From positions 25,420,001 to 25,484,000 of the forward strand of contig CM069162.1 in the NCBI GenBank assembly GCA_035221665.1: DNA of 64,000 bases, given 5' to 3'. Of the stretch, positions 26,030 through 37,300 are shown piece by piece. The position numbers were made by a program, and so were the translations under genes. The notes under the pieces are model-generated. The model searched no databases and was not told the DNA's origin. It was given only the letters and a program-made list of their open reading frames with translations. This DNA is from Okamejei kenojei. Its lineage: Eukaryota. Each line of letters begins with the position of its first letter. Position 1 is the stretch's first letter.

Positions 26030-28043
26030 CAGTGGTGGGTCCAAGCTGCGAGAACTATATCTGCTGTTGGGGTCAAACAGGCCGCATGGCTTCCATATGT
26101 ACTAACTTCAACATGAAAACCTAAAGTTAACTAAAGTGATGGGAAAGGATTTGAATATTTGGTTGCAACATGGAGGTACGCAGTTTCAGCTGATCTTCTA
26201 GATGGGAATCCGTCATTTGTGACCTTAAGGGCGTCTTGGTTTGGGTTAGGTAGGAGAATGTAGGTTTGCAGCAATAAGTGGTTGAAAAGCAAGAAAGCAT
26301 TGTCCGTGCATGTTGCCGCAGACGTGGGTATTCCGTTGCATTTTTTCATATTTCAATCAGATCTTTCTTAGCGTCAAATAAGGACTTTAAAATGTCATCT
26401 TCTGAGAGCTCAATCAATTCCATCTGTAGTTCTTTAGGAGCCTTGGAGACATCAACTAGGTGAGGTTGAAATTCTAAGTTGAGTGTGATGTCATGATTCT
26501 CAAAGTCAGTGAACCTTTCATTGTATTCTTTAATTAATAAGTCCATAACAGCTGCGTATTTTTCAAACGATTCGCATTAATCCTCCTGCTCATCAATGAC
26601 CTTCGCTAACTGCTGAAAATGTTCATCTGAAATTTCATTTTGAAGATGAAGAGTTTTGTAAAAGATAGCTTTTTTCGAAATGCTTGGATTTTTTTGCCAC
26701 ATATCATCTATAGACTTAGTTTTACCTTGCAAAGCAACATGCAAGTCAATTTGCTTTGACATGATATCACACAGAAATGCAGTATTTCTACAGAAATCTT
26801 CTTTCAATAATTCACATTGCTGATTCTGTTCTTCATGAAATTTAACTATCTGTTCTCGCAAAGATAAAAATTTTGCTAACACCTGTCCCTGTGATAGCCA
26901 ACGCACTTTACAATGATACGGCAAATCCACACTGAATGCCTCATCGTCCAACTTTAGCATATTACGAAACTGATGATGCCGTGTTGCATTTGTAAACGAA
27001 TATAGTCAATAATGCTTATAACTTGTTGCAAAGTGTCACTTAAAATAGTAGATTTAGCACAGAAATATTGCTGTGAAAAGAAATGAGAGCACCTGGATCT
27101 GATAATACCATTTTATCTGTGCAATAAAACCTTCACGTTTTCCTGTCATGGCAGGTGCACCGTCTGTACACACACTCACATAATTAACCAAATCCAGTCC
27201 AACTTCACGACATTTATCTTGAAAGTTGTTGAAGAAATCTATTCCTCGTGTTCTACCCATAAGAGTGCACAAAGCGAGTAACTCTTCATAGCAAAGAAAA
27301 TCTTCTGTTATGGCCCGAATGAAGTATAAAACTGGCGCCAAGTCAGTAGTATCAGTTGATTCATCCAAAGCGATTGAATAATATATATTTTCCTTTTGGA
27401 GTATTGCGTGAAGTTGTTCTGTTACGTTGAGGGCTAATTCATGCTGCCGGTCAGTTATAGTTCTCCTTGAAAGAGGCAGTTGTTTGAACTTTGAAACCTT
27501 ATCGGGGTCTAAGCATCCTACAACTTCAACAATGCATTCTTTTACGATTTCTACATCGCTAAAAGGCTTACCTTTTTACCCTGAGTATATAAGCTACTTT
27601 ATAAGTCGCTTCAGTAGCATTATTTCCGGGTCTTCCCGTTGCTTGAAATGACTGCCTTTGCCTTTGCTTTTCATCTTTTAATTTTTGCGATGTAACCTTT
27701 CGCGCCTGAAGACTGGACGGCCAGCGGACTTTCCCCGACATTTTCCCTCTCGTCAACCAGCCTCAGGTGGTGGTGGCACCTGTCAGGCAGGGAGGTTAAC
27801 AGGTGTTAAAATAGCCATCATGACTTACTAATGTTTTAATTGTGGCCGTCAGTCGGGGAGGATTATTTTGTTGAAACTTTTTTTACTCTTTGGTATTTCA
27901 AAAACGTCCATTTTAAGATTAAAATAAAAATAATAAAAGACGAACAAAAACATATTAATAAAAATAAAAGGGTTTTACAAAATTTGGATTCATTCAAAAG
28001 GCCGCACTTAATGGGCTAGAAGGCCGCAGGTTCCCCACCCCTG
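26030..28043 (-). mobile_element. Decayed hAT transposon, Charlie/Buster/SPIN (GTF2IRD2-like) transposase pseudogene
   Basis: Minus-strand fragments DESTDTTDLA, SVCTDGAPAMTGK, LPYHCKVRWLSQG and LQMELIELSEDD are broken by frameshifts. The terminus CAGGGGTGGGGAACCTGCGGCC is at 28043. The left end is degenerate, so that boundary is uncertain. Confidence 0.85.
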
Positions 28044-28924
28044 ATCTATAGTATTATTTGATTTGATTGGCTAGTATGCAAAACAAAACTTTGCACTGTA
28101 CCTCAGTACACGTAACAATAATAGACCTAATCCTAAACCTAAGCATGGGCTACAGTATGAAGACAAACGAGTCAGCAGATGCTAGAATCTAGAACGAAAA
28201 GCAAAACGCTAATAGAACTCAGCGGATCAAGCAGCATCTGTGGAAGCAAAAGTTGACATTTTGCGTCGAGACCCTGCATCAGGACCGAGGGGAGAAAGTG
28301 AAAGTGATATTGAGGGAAAGGACAGGTTCAGGCAAGCAGATGAGAGTGTTAGTGGAGGGGAAGGGGTTGGTTTTTGTTTCACAAGGAAATGGAAGCCCCA
28401 CAGACCTTCCTAATGGGCGATGGAGGTGCGCGGACATTGTGGTAAAGGTGAACCAGCTGGGAGAAAAACATTGAATTTATCAAGATGGTGGAGGATATGA
28501 AAGGTGTCCCAGATGTAGGTGGGGTGGGAATGGGCAAGAGGCTGCTGCTGGACCTCAGCAGCGTAACAGCTAACAATAGCGTCAGCCTACAACAGCAACT
28601 CGTGTCTCTGGGTTTGATGAGACCCAGGTTGGGATTGGTCTGACGGGAATGGAGTGCCTGGAGGGATTGAGGTGGGAGTGGATGAGGGGAGCGGTGAAGT
28701 CAGTGCCACCGGTCAATGTCACATGGAAATGTAAAGAGTAGAGAAAGTAGAAGATCAAAGCGTAGAAGTAGAAGCCCTGCAGCCAATTAAGTGAATCCCG
28801 TTTACAACATTTCTAGGACTGCCACATCTTTCTAGCGTGTGGTAACCAGAATTTGATCAATACCACTTGTGGACTAACCAGTGTTACCAGAATCAAAATT
28901 CAATGCAGCTGCCCTGTTTTTGTT

Positions 28925-29457
28925 TACTTATGAATCCTCCTATCCTTTTCTGCACAGATGCTCCTCAGACCCGCTGAGTTACTCCAGCACTTTGTGTTTT
29001 TTCTTTGATATAAACCAGCAGCTGCAGTTCTTTGTTTTCACATGGAGATACAGGTGCTGGATTCTTGGGCAAAACACAAAGTGTTGGATTAACTCAGCAG
29101 ACCAGGCAGCATCTGTGGATGGAATGGATGGGCAACGTGTGGGGCTTTACATCTCACCCTCTCTGTGTCTAACAGCCCTTTGGCTCCTTTCCACGTCCAG
29201 CCTTTGTCACTTATTCCACCCATCTGCCAACTCCCCCACTGTATCCACCTATCACTAGCCAGACTGCCCTGTCCCCACCTCTCTTTTCCAGCTTTTTCCA
29301 TCCTACACCACCAGCAAAGATACTAGTATATTTGACCACCAGTCTGAAGAAGGGTCCCAATTTGAAACGTCGCCTGCACATTCCCTCCACAGATGCTGTT
29401 CCTCCAGCATTTTGTGTTTTGCTCCAGATTTCAGAAGCTGCAGTTCCATGTGTCTCC
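28925..29457. mobile_element. Cluster of Penelope-pLTR pieces directly upstream of the SGPP2 CpG island
   Basis: Three copies of the CAGATGCT...CTGCAGTTC tail in mixed orientation, a pyrimidine-rich pLTR body, and CTGAAGA...GAAACGTC at 29344-29371. Confidence 0.7.
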
Positions 29458-29459
29458 AA

Positions 29460-30070
29460 AACACTCTCTCCCGCGGCGGAATATCACAGACAACAACCAG
29501 GGCCATGCCTACGGGTGTGTTTTCCGATGTGACCTCCAGCACCAGTGTGGACTTTCACAACAGCAGGGGCGGTGCAGTGTTGCTGTCAATCGTGGGCCGT
29601 GGCCGCCGCCTCCCAGCCCCGGAGCACCAATGGCAGGTGTGGGGAGGGCAGGTGAGGAGAGGTGAGGTGCCGGGCAGGTGAGGAGGTCGGAGTCCAGAGT
29701 CCATCTACATTAGGCATGTCCGCGCTGCTCGCCGCACTGCGGGCTCCCGAGCTGGTGGCTCAGTTCCAGAGGCAGTGCGGGCTCGTCCCGCTGTCGCCGC
29801 AGCGGCCGGAGCAGCGGCGCTGGCCCCAGGCTGACACACGGGCGGCGGCGGCGGCCCCAGCCCCAGCCCCAGCCCGGCCCCGGGACCGGGACGCCTGGAG
29901 CCAGCAGGCGGGCGGGGACAGTAACGGCGCCGTGACCCGGACCCGGACCCGGACTGCGGTGAGTGGAGCCGGCCTCTGTTTGCAGCGGGACCCCCGAGAG
30001 ACGAGGCGGTGTGCGCCACCCCACCCCGCCCCGCCAGCGGGAGGGCCCGCAGCCCTCGGCTCCCACCTGA
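29460..30070 (+). promoter_or_regulatory. CpG island / promoter over SGPP2 exon 1
   Basis: Abrupt GC- and CpG-rich segment with a GC box GGGGCGG (~29566) and CCAAT (~29627) upstream of the ATG at 29716. Confidence 0.7.
29716..29958 (+). CDS. SGPP2: SGPP2 exon 1 (243 nt): MSALLAALRAPELVAQFQRQCGL...GDSNGAVTRTRTRTA
   Basis: The N-terminus matches SGPP2 (human MAELLRSLQDSQLVARFQRRCGL). GGCATG start and GCG|GTGAGT donor, phase 0. Confidence 0.88.
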
Positions 30071-30829
30071 CAGCTGCAGTTATATTTGTCTCAATTGGCC
30101 TCAGTACCCGGGGGCAAAGATCCCAGGGGTTAAATAAGGAAATGCTGGGAACGGAAGGTGAGCAGAGGAGCAGGCCCTTCAGCCCACAATATCCGTGCCG
30201 AACATGATGCCAAATGTCACTAATCTCCCCTGCCCGTCTGCTGCCTGCACTTAATCCACATCCCTCCATTGCCCGCATACCCATGTGCTTATCTAAAACC
30301 CTGTTAAACGCCTGCAGTGGCCGAAGGACAGAGCTGGCCACTTGTTACAGCATCGTGAACCCTGGCACGGCCCAGTCCTGCTTGCAGCAGCCCTCATCCA
30401 ACGCCCAGTTCAGGCCCCCCGGCCGCATGGCCTGAGCGTGGGGCCTACTGGGCGGGAATCAATGTCACTAAACTCTGGCTCCACTTGCATGGTTTCCTGG
30501 GAGCTGGGGTGGCTGATCTTGAAGGCGATCGTTTACATCAGATCTAATTTCAAAATAAGGAAGGTTACTAGGTGCTTAGTACACAGAAATATAATAGGAT
30601 CTTTCACATTTCCTTGTTCTGCATATCGCTCTATAAATGATAAACTGTCAGTCAGTCGGCCTGCATTCAATGGGGTGTGGCATCAAAAAAGAATCAAAAA
30701 AATTCCAACCAGATTAGGTATCCTAAACTCAGGTAGGATGATCTGGTGCTGGAAAAATCTGGAGCTGCAGCATATTCTCAGGATATGGGGACTCCATTTG
30801 TTCCTGAGATGAGAAATTGCATCATTCAG

Positions 30830-31155
30830 CGCCATAGAGCATGGAAATGGGCCCTTTGGCCCAACGCATCCATACTGACCAAGAAGCCCAATCTGCTCGT
30901 CCTATTTGCCTGCAATTGACCCATATCCCTCTAAACCTTTCCTATCCATGTACCTGTCCAAATGTCTTTAATTAATGTCATTACCTGCCTCAACTACTTC
31001 CTCTGCAGCTTGTTCCGTATACTCACCACCCTCCATGAGAAGGAGGTCACCTTCAGGTTCTTGTTAAATCTTTCCCCTCTCACCTTAAACCTATGTGCTC
31101 TGGTTTTGGATTCCCCTATCCCGTGTAAAAGACTCTACATTCACCCTATCCATTC
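30830..31155 (-). mobile_element. CR1 LINE 3' fragment
   Basis: Same sequence family as 21413-21775. Confidence 0.7.
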
Positions 31156-31343
31156 CACTATTGTTATAAGGTGTCATGTAGGAACTATAGTAGCTCATTT
31201 GTGCAGTGCAAGATCTTTCAAAATACTTCATAATATTTGCTTTAGCAATGTTGGTTGCTAAATAAATATTGTTCAGGATACTGCGCAAGCCAGAGAAATA
31301 GAATCTTTGACATTTATGTTAGGCAGATGGAAGTTAAGCTTGT

Positions 31344-31570
31344 GTAAGAAAGAGCTGCATGCAGATGCTGGTTTAAATCGAAGGTAGACACAAAAAGCTG
31401 GAGTAACTCAGCAGGACAGGCATCATCTCTGGAGAGAAGGAATGGGCGACGTTTCGGGTAGAGTCCTTTCTTCAGACTGAAAAAGGGTCTCGACGCGAAA
31501 AATCGCCCATTCATTCTCTCCAGAGATGCTGCCTCACCCGCTGAGTTACTCCAGCGTTTTGTGTCTACCT
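31344..31570. mobile_element. Palindromic Penelope-pLTR-derived short element (representative copy)
   Basis: Inverted arms of ~95 bp centred near 31476, flanked by a 16-bp direct repeat TGGAAGTTAAGCTTGT (31328-31343 / 31571-31586). Confidence 0.8.
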
Positions 31571-32380
31571 TGGAAGTTAAGCTTGTTGACCGATAGTGCA
31601 GCTTTCCTCAATGCTGGTGCTGGATGGTTGGGAACTCCAGGATGAGATTTGAACCTACAGTTTTCAGAGACCGAGGTGACAGTGCCACACAGTTGCTCTC
31701 AGATTTCTGCTTGTGCGCTGAGTTAATGTATCGTACTTGGAAATTAATTTAATTTGCTGCATTGACAAGCCTGGAGTGCTGGAGGAACTGCGGGCACTCT
31801 AGGTTTTGTTCAACTCAGCAACAAATGTATATGAACTTAGAGTACTGACTCTGTGCTTTCTTGCTGCCAGTAGTGGTGGTGTACCAGGCTAGCTATGGAA
31901 CACCACATCTCGCTTCACAAACTCTGTAGACATTCTGCCAATATATATAAAAGTGGAGGAATGTACACAATTAATCAATTTCCAATTACACATAAATATT
32001 TAACCTGTGTGCAGACACAGCGCTGACATACTAAGATCAGTGCAGACAGCTTGAGTTGAGCTGACATTAATCGTCTGGTGAAGTGGCTCTGTTAGTCTTG
32101 GTATCAGGACTCGTTTATTTTCTGTCACCTCACTTTGGTTGTTGTCCGCTCAGTTTGGCCACTGACTAAAATAGTTTTAAGACACTGCATTAATTATTAG
32201 CCGTAGCAGCTATGTTTCAAAGGGTTGCATTCTTGTGTTTGTTTTAGAAGATCACGGCTTAAACAAAATTATTTGGCTTGTATTAGGGACGGGTACATGG
32301 ATAGGAAAGGTTTGGAGGGATATGGGCAATTCAGGTGGAAATGTTGTAGATGGGGCACCTTGGTTGGCTTGGGTAGGTTG

Positions 32381-32850
32381 GAATGGAATAGAATGCTTTA
32401 TTGTCACATGTGACAAGGCACAGTGAAGTTCTTTGCTTGCATACTTAAGGTATGCAAATAGCCATTACATAAAGGGCGCTGACAATGTTACAAAGTACCC
32501 GCGCTGGCTCCTCCTTTGTTCTCCCCGTCCCCCCATCCCCCTCCTCCTGGCGGTCCCTCCACGCCTGGTCCTTCATTGTTCGTCCCCCCCCCTTCTCCTT
32601 CACAGCGTCCCCCCCCCCCCCCCATGATGTGTTCTCCATTGAACATTGTTCTTCCCCCTCCTCTCGGAGGACCCCCACACTGGGTGCTCCATTCTTCTTC
32701 CCCTCCCCCCATATTCCCCCGCGCCACGACAACTCGCCCGCGCCCTCATCGACCGCCGCACCACGGGTCGAACCGCGAGGCTCCCGCTGACACGTGAGGC
32801 TTCACCGACTTCGTCGCGAGGCCCCAACGCCACCAAGAGGCCCCTCCACC
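32381..32850 (-). mobile_element. GC-rich non-LTR/SINE-like insertion with ...CACATGTGACAATAAA(GCATTCTATTCCATTC) tail, inserted into a CR1 tail
   Basis: The CR1 tail GGTAGGTTG|..|GCCGAAGGGCCTGTTTC is split by the insert, with GGTTG on both sides. Confidence 0.55.
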
Positions 32851-32914
32851 GCGGTTGTGCCGAAGGGCCTGTTTCTGTGCTGTATGACTCTCAAGGAAAG
32901 GTTGCACTGCCTCG

Positions 32915-33200
32915 AGTTTGGCTTAATTTATTGTCATGTGTACTGAGGTACAGTGAAAAGCTTTTTTGTTGCGTGCTATCCAGTCAGTGGAAAGACTGTA
33001 CATGATTACAATCTAGCCATCCATAGCGTATAGATACATGATAAAGGGAATAATGTTTAGTGCAAGGTAAAGTCTGATTAAAGATAGTCCGAGGGTCTCG
33101 AATGAGGTAGATAGTAGCTCGAGATCACTCTCTAATTGGCGATAGGATAGTTCAGTTGCCTGATAACAGCTGGGAAGAAACTGTCCCTGAATATGGACTG
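32915..33200 (-). mobile_element. LINE 3' fragment (Rex1/Babar- or L2-like tail)
   Basis: The minus strand reads ...TTCTTCCCAGCTGTTATCAGGCAACTGAA...CACTGTACCTCAGTACACATGACAATAAA; same family as 62280-62535. Confidence 0.55.
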
Positions 33201-34639
33201 TCCTGTCTGATTCTTGCAACATTTGTTTCCCCTGTCTTCCAAAATCCACCTGTTTCAGCCTTGAATATATTTAATAACAACATCCATTAGTCTTGATAGA
33301 AAATTCCAAGGCGTCATAGATGACGGAGAGAAATTCCCCTTCGCCTAATATCCTAAGAGGAAGCACCCCTTTAAATTTAAATTCCACCTACCAGTGACAA
33401 GACCCTCACATCATCTGTGAAGTTAATTTCAGAACCCTGATTGTTTCAATGGCATCACCTCTCAATTTCTTCTAAATCCCAGAGAATGCAGGCCCATTCT
33501 GCTTAATCTTTCATCAGAAGACAATCCTCATTCCAGGAATTAGTGAACTTTTCCTGTATCCAGGTGCAGCATCTCAAAGGCAAGTATGTCCTTCCCTAAT
33601 TAATGTTTTGCGGTGTGCCAGGTGATCTCGCCTTTGTCCCATATAGTTACAGCAGGACTTTCTTACTCTGTTGCCCGCCCATTCCCTCCACAAATGCTGC
33701 CTGACCTGTTGTTCCTCGAGCACTTTGTGTTTTGCTCATGATTCCATAATCTGCAGTTCTGTGTCTCTAAGATTTTCTTGCCATCGTTATATTCTACCTC
33801 CAACATTCTGTTTCTCTTTACTGATTGCTGTACCTCCATGCGATTCTAGATCTCATTGAATATCAACATTATAATAGTGTTCCATAAATAAAATAATAAT
33901 CTACATTTCTGTGGACCTCCTTGCATTTCTCTGTATTTTTTGCCTACTCATTTAAATTGTGTAAATCCCTATTCAGACATCTGTCTTCCCACAATTTACT
34001 TTGTTATCTTTGTACCATTAGCAAACCCAGATACATTACACACTATCCCGTCATCTGTTGTTAATACAGATGTCAAACAGCCGAGGCCCAAGCAGTTAGC
34101 CGAAATAATACACGAGCCTTAATCCCGCAAGTCACGGTGTTGTACAGTAATCTTTATTGTGGCATTTTATTGAATGCCTTTTGGAAATCCAAACACTCAT
34201 CCACTTGCTATGTACCTTGCTAGTTACATCCTCAAAGAACTTGATTACATTTGCTAAATGTGAGTTCCCTTTCCTAATGCCTTAATAATTCTGTCAGAAT
34301 GTTTAATCATTTTTGAAAACCCTGTTCATTGTGAATTACAACAATCAATAGTTTCTGTAGTAACGAACAGGTTTGTAGTTCCCTGTTTTTCCTGTTCATC
34401 CAGTTTTTAAATAGAAGTGTTATGTTTGTTATATATGCTGGAACTCTTGCAGAAACTGGAGATTACTTCAGTGCCTTCACATTTATCCTGGAATTATAGG
34501 AAAATGAACAGGGCATTTGGGCATTTTACCACTCAATCCAGTCCCTCCATTCAATGCAATTGTGGCCAATCAGCAGCCAAACTCAATACACTTTTTCGGC
34601 GTATGTCCTGTTGAACACTGGGCCTATTTTTAGACTTTG

Positions 34640-34915
34640 GCGTTACAGCATGGCCCTTCAGCCCACCAAGTCCACCAGTGATCACCCCACAGACTATCAT
34701 TATCTTACACACTATGGACAATTTTCAATTTTACCAAAGCCAATTAACCTACAAACTTGTATGTCTTTTGAGTGTGGGAGGAAACAGGAGCCTGGAGAAA
34801 CCCCACGTGGTCACAGGTAGAACAGACAAACTCCGTAAAGATAGCACCCGTAGTCAGGATCAAACCCAGATCTCTCCACTGCTGCAAGGCAACAGCTCTA
34901 CTACTGCGCCACCCC
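34640..34915 (-). mobile_element. tRNA-derived V-SINE (HE1-like)
   Basis: Reverse complement of the same head, V-domain and tail. Confidence 0.72.
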
Positions 34916-35104
34916 AATCCATGTGAAAGTTAAATCCCCCAATACTATCATGCTTCTTAGTTTATGCATCAATTCACTAACACATCAGAACCAGGGTGCC
35001 CAGTGCAAGTGATCTAGACAAATCCCATTGGAATCCTAGCCGTGTTTCCATCAGCCACTTCTAGCCACTGTGTCCTTACTTGCATAACCTGACTTTACAT
35101 CCTG

Positions 35105-35273
35105 ACTAAGATAGACACAAAAAGCTGGAGTAACTCAGTGGAACAGGCAGCAAGGGTCTCGACCCGAAACGTCACCCATTCCTTCTCTCCAGAGATGCTG
35201 CCTGTCCCGCTGAGTTACTCCAGCTTTTTGTGTCTATCTTCAGTTTAAACCAGCATCTGCAGTTCCTTTTTAC
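35105..35273. mobile_element. Penelope-pLTR-derived palindromic element
   Basis: Inverted arms and a 13-bp TSD ACTTTACATCCTG (35092-35104 / 35274-35286). Confidence 0.78.
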
Positions 35274-35642
35274 ACTTTACATCCTGCCTTATAACTGAAA
35301 GTGAATTATTTTATTATCACTTGGGAAATTCTCTCTATGCAGATTTTATAGGTAAATTAATTTTGTTCCGAGTACTGAGTGTTTTGCAGCGGTGCCAACG
35401 ATTCGGTGCCTGCACCATATCTTTCAAGTTTATGCCAACAATTCATTCCTACTTTTCCCTGAACTTGTGATTTTATTTATAGTAAATTTATTGGTTCCCC
35501 ATACCCCATTCTGTTCTTCTGATGTATTATTTCCTTTATCTGGTTAATTACTATAATTTTTAGCTTTTCCTTTGACCAGTGCCCGAAGCACAATTTATTG
35601 CTCCCGGAGTTTTACTTGCCTCGGAGTTAGGCCATTTTTCTG

Positions 35643-35794
35643 TTATTAAATTGCAATCACCGTGTTGAAATGGAGCAGCGAAGTTGTACACTGCAAGGTC
35701 TTGTAACGGCCGCTTATCACGGGTGGCCATTACAGGACCTCGCAGTGCACAACTTGGCTGCTGCATTTTCAACACGGCGATTACAATTTAATAA
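35643..35794. repeat. ~70-bp-arm inverted repeat (hairpin) in SGPP2 intron 1
   Basis: TTATTAAATTGCAATCACCGTGTTGAAA...GTAACGGCCGC pairs with GTGGCCATTAC...TTTCAACACGGCGATTACAATTTAATAA. Confidence 0.9.
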
Positions 35795-36279
35795 ATATTC
35801 AATTAACTCCAAGGTGCTTTGGCGTCATGAAAGGTAATATACACATCAATTTAAGAATAAATTTACTGCATTATTGTGGAGATAAATTAATATTGGAGAA
35901 ACATTTTACTATATAATATAATTTTATGGTTGCACCATATACTAACCTAATTCTGCTCATGGTAATTCCTTTCAGAGTTACACTGGGCGAGTTCCTGCAG
36001 AGGTCAGTTAAGAGGCGACAGACATACGGGCTGTAGTTCTTAGTGTACCTGCAGAGTTCCTTTGTACTCTTATAGCACAGAATGTTGACTCGACACTCTT
36101 GAGTTTGACGATCAAGAAATGCACACCAGGAGGCCATTCTTCCTGCATTATTGGGAGATTTGACTTGCACCACATTGTTTTTCACCAAGTTCAATAGTCT
36201 GCCTCCAAGTCCACCCCTGACTGCTGCAGAATCTTCACATCCCAATGACTGTGTGTGTGTGTGTGTATGCTTCCTCTAG

Positions 36280-36438
36280 ATTCCTCAGAAGAAGTACAAG
36301 ATTGAGAATTATTTCCTCTACTACCTCTTCCTGTTTGCTGCCACGTTGGGCCAGGAGGTTTTTTACATCACCTTCCTTCCTTTCTGCTACTGGAACATTG
36401 ACCCACATGTTGCTCGGAGAGTGATCAATGTCTGGGCA
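36280..36438 (+). CDS. SGPP2: SGPP2 exon 2 (159 nt): [53 protein letters not shown]
   Basis: TTCCTCTAG acceptor and GCA|GTGAGT donor. [13 protein letters not shown]-x-WNIDP is the SGPP family signature. This exon is missing from the ORF track. Confidence 0.92.
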
Positions 36439-37015
36439 GTGAGTTTCTTCTTTTGTATATATTTCATGGGTGGGTAATAACTTAAATGACAAAGAATTAG
36501 AATGGAAACAATCCTTCAAGGTGGTTGGCACCACAATGGCTACAATGCCTTTATTTATCTATCCTCCCCCGTTTTCCTGTCTGATTCCATTTTATGCGGT
36601 GAAACTCCTTGGGGATATTTTCTTATGTGAAAAGTGCAATGAAATATTAACATTATTTACTCTGAAGTGAATTCTACATCCAGTGAATACTACATTCAAG
36701 TGGTCATTGGACTGGCCTGTGCATGTTGACAGTTGCCACTAATGATCTTGAGCCATGCACGTCTCACCCTAGCTTCACTTGCTGATTCAGATCAACTCTT
36801 CAGACTGGAAAACATGCGGGGACGTCCCTAATTTGAGTGACTAAAACATTTAACGATTCAGCCCCAAAGGCATCTATATTTCTCATTATTGATTTTTATG
36901 AAACCCTGGTTGGTTGGGTCTTGATAATTGGACATAAACATCTAATGTCAGTATATCTAATGTACTGATTTCTGGATTGAAGAGATTGTGTAAACAGAAA
37001 CCTCAATTAGACTAT

Positions 37016-37300
37016 GGCACGGTGGTGCAGCAGTAGAGTTGTTGTCATACAGCGCCAGAGACCCAGGCTCGATCCTGACTATGGGTGCTGTGTACGGAAT
37101 TTGTACGTTCTCCCCTTGACCTGCGTGGATTTTCTCCGGGTGCTCCCTTTTCATTCCACATTCCTGGGCTACAGGATTGTAGATTAATTGGCTTCAGTAA
37201 AATTGTCGCTAATGCCAAGGGTAGCCAGTATATGGGGATCGCTGGTCGGCGGAGACTTGGTGGGCCGAAGGGCCTGTTCCGCTCTGTATCTCTAAACTAA
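37016..37300 (+). mobile_element. tRNA-derived V-SINE (HE1-like)
   Basis: GGCACGGTGGTGCAGCAGTAGAG...GGCTCGATCC head and GGGCCGAAGGGCCTG..CTGTATCTCTAAACTAA tail. Confidence 0.8.

Noticed and set aside
9000-29400. CCDC140-like gene between PAX3 and SGPP2
   Set aside because: No ORF or exon chain supports it; the region consists of regulatory DNA and repeats.
29705-30341. Antisense ORFs of 104-193 aa over SGPP2 exon 1
   Set aside because: Stop-poor frames caused by high GC content, partly running into a CR1 tail.
32433-33005. Cluster of Pro/Gly-rich ORFs
   Set aside because: They lie within a C-rich repeat insertion, with no coding signature.
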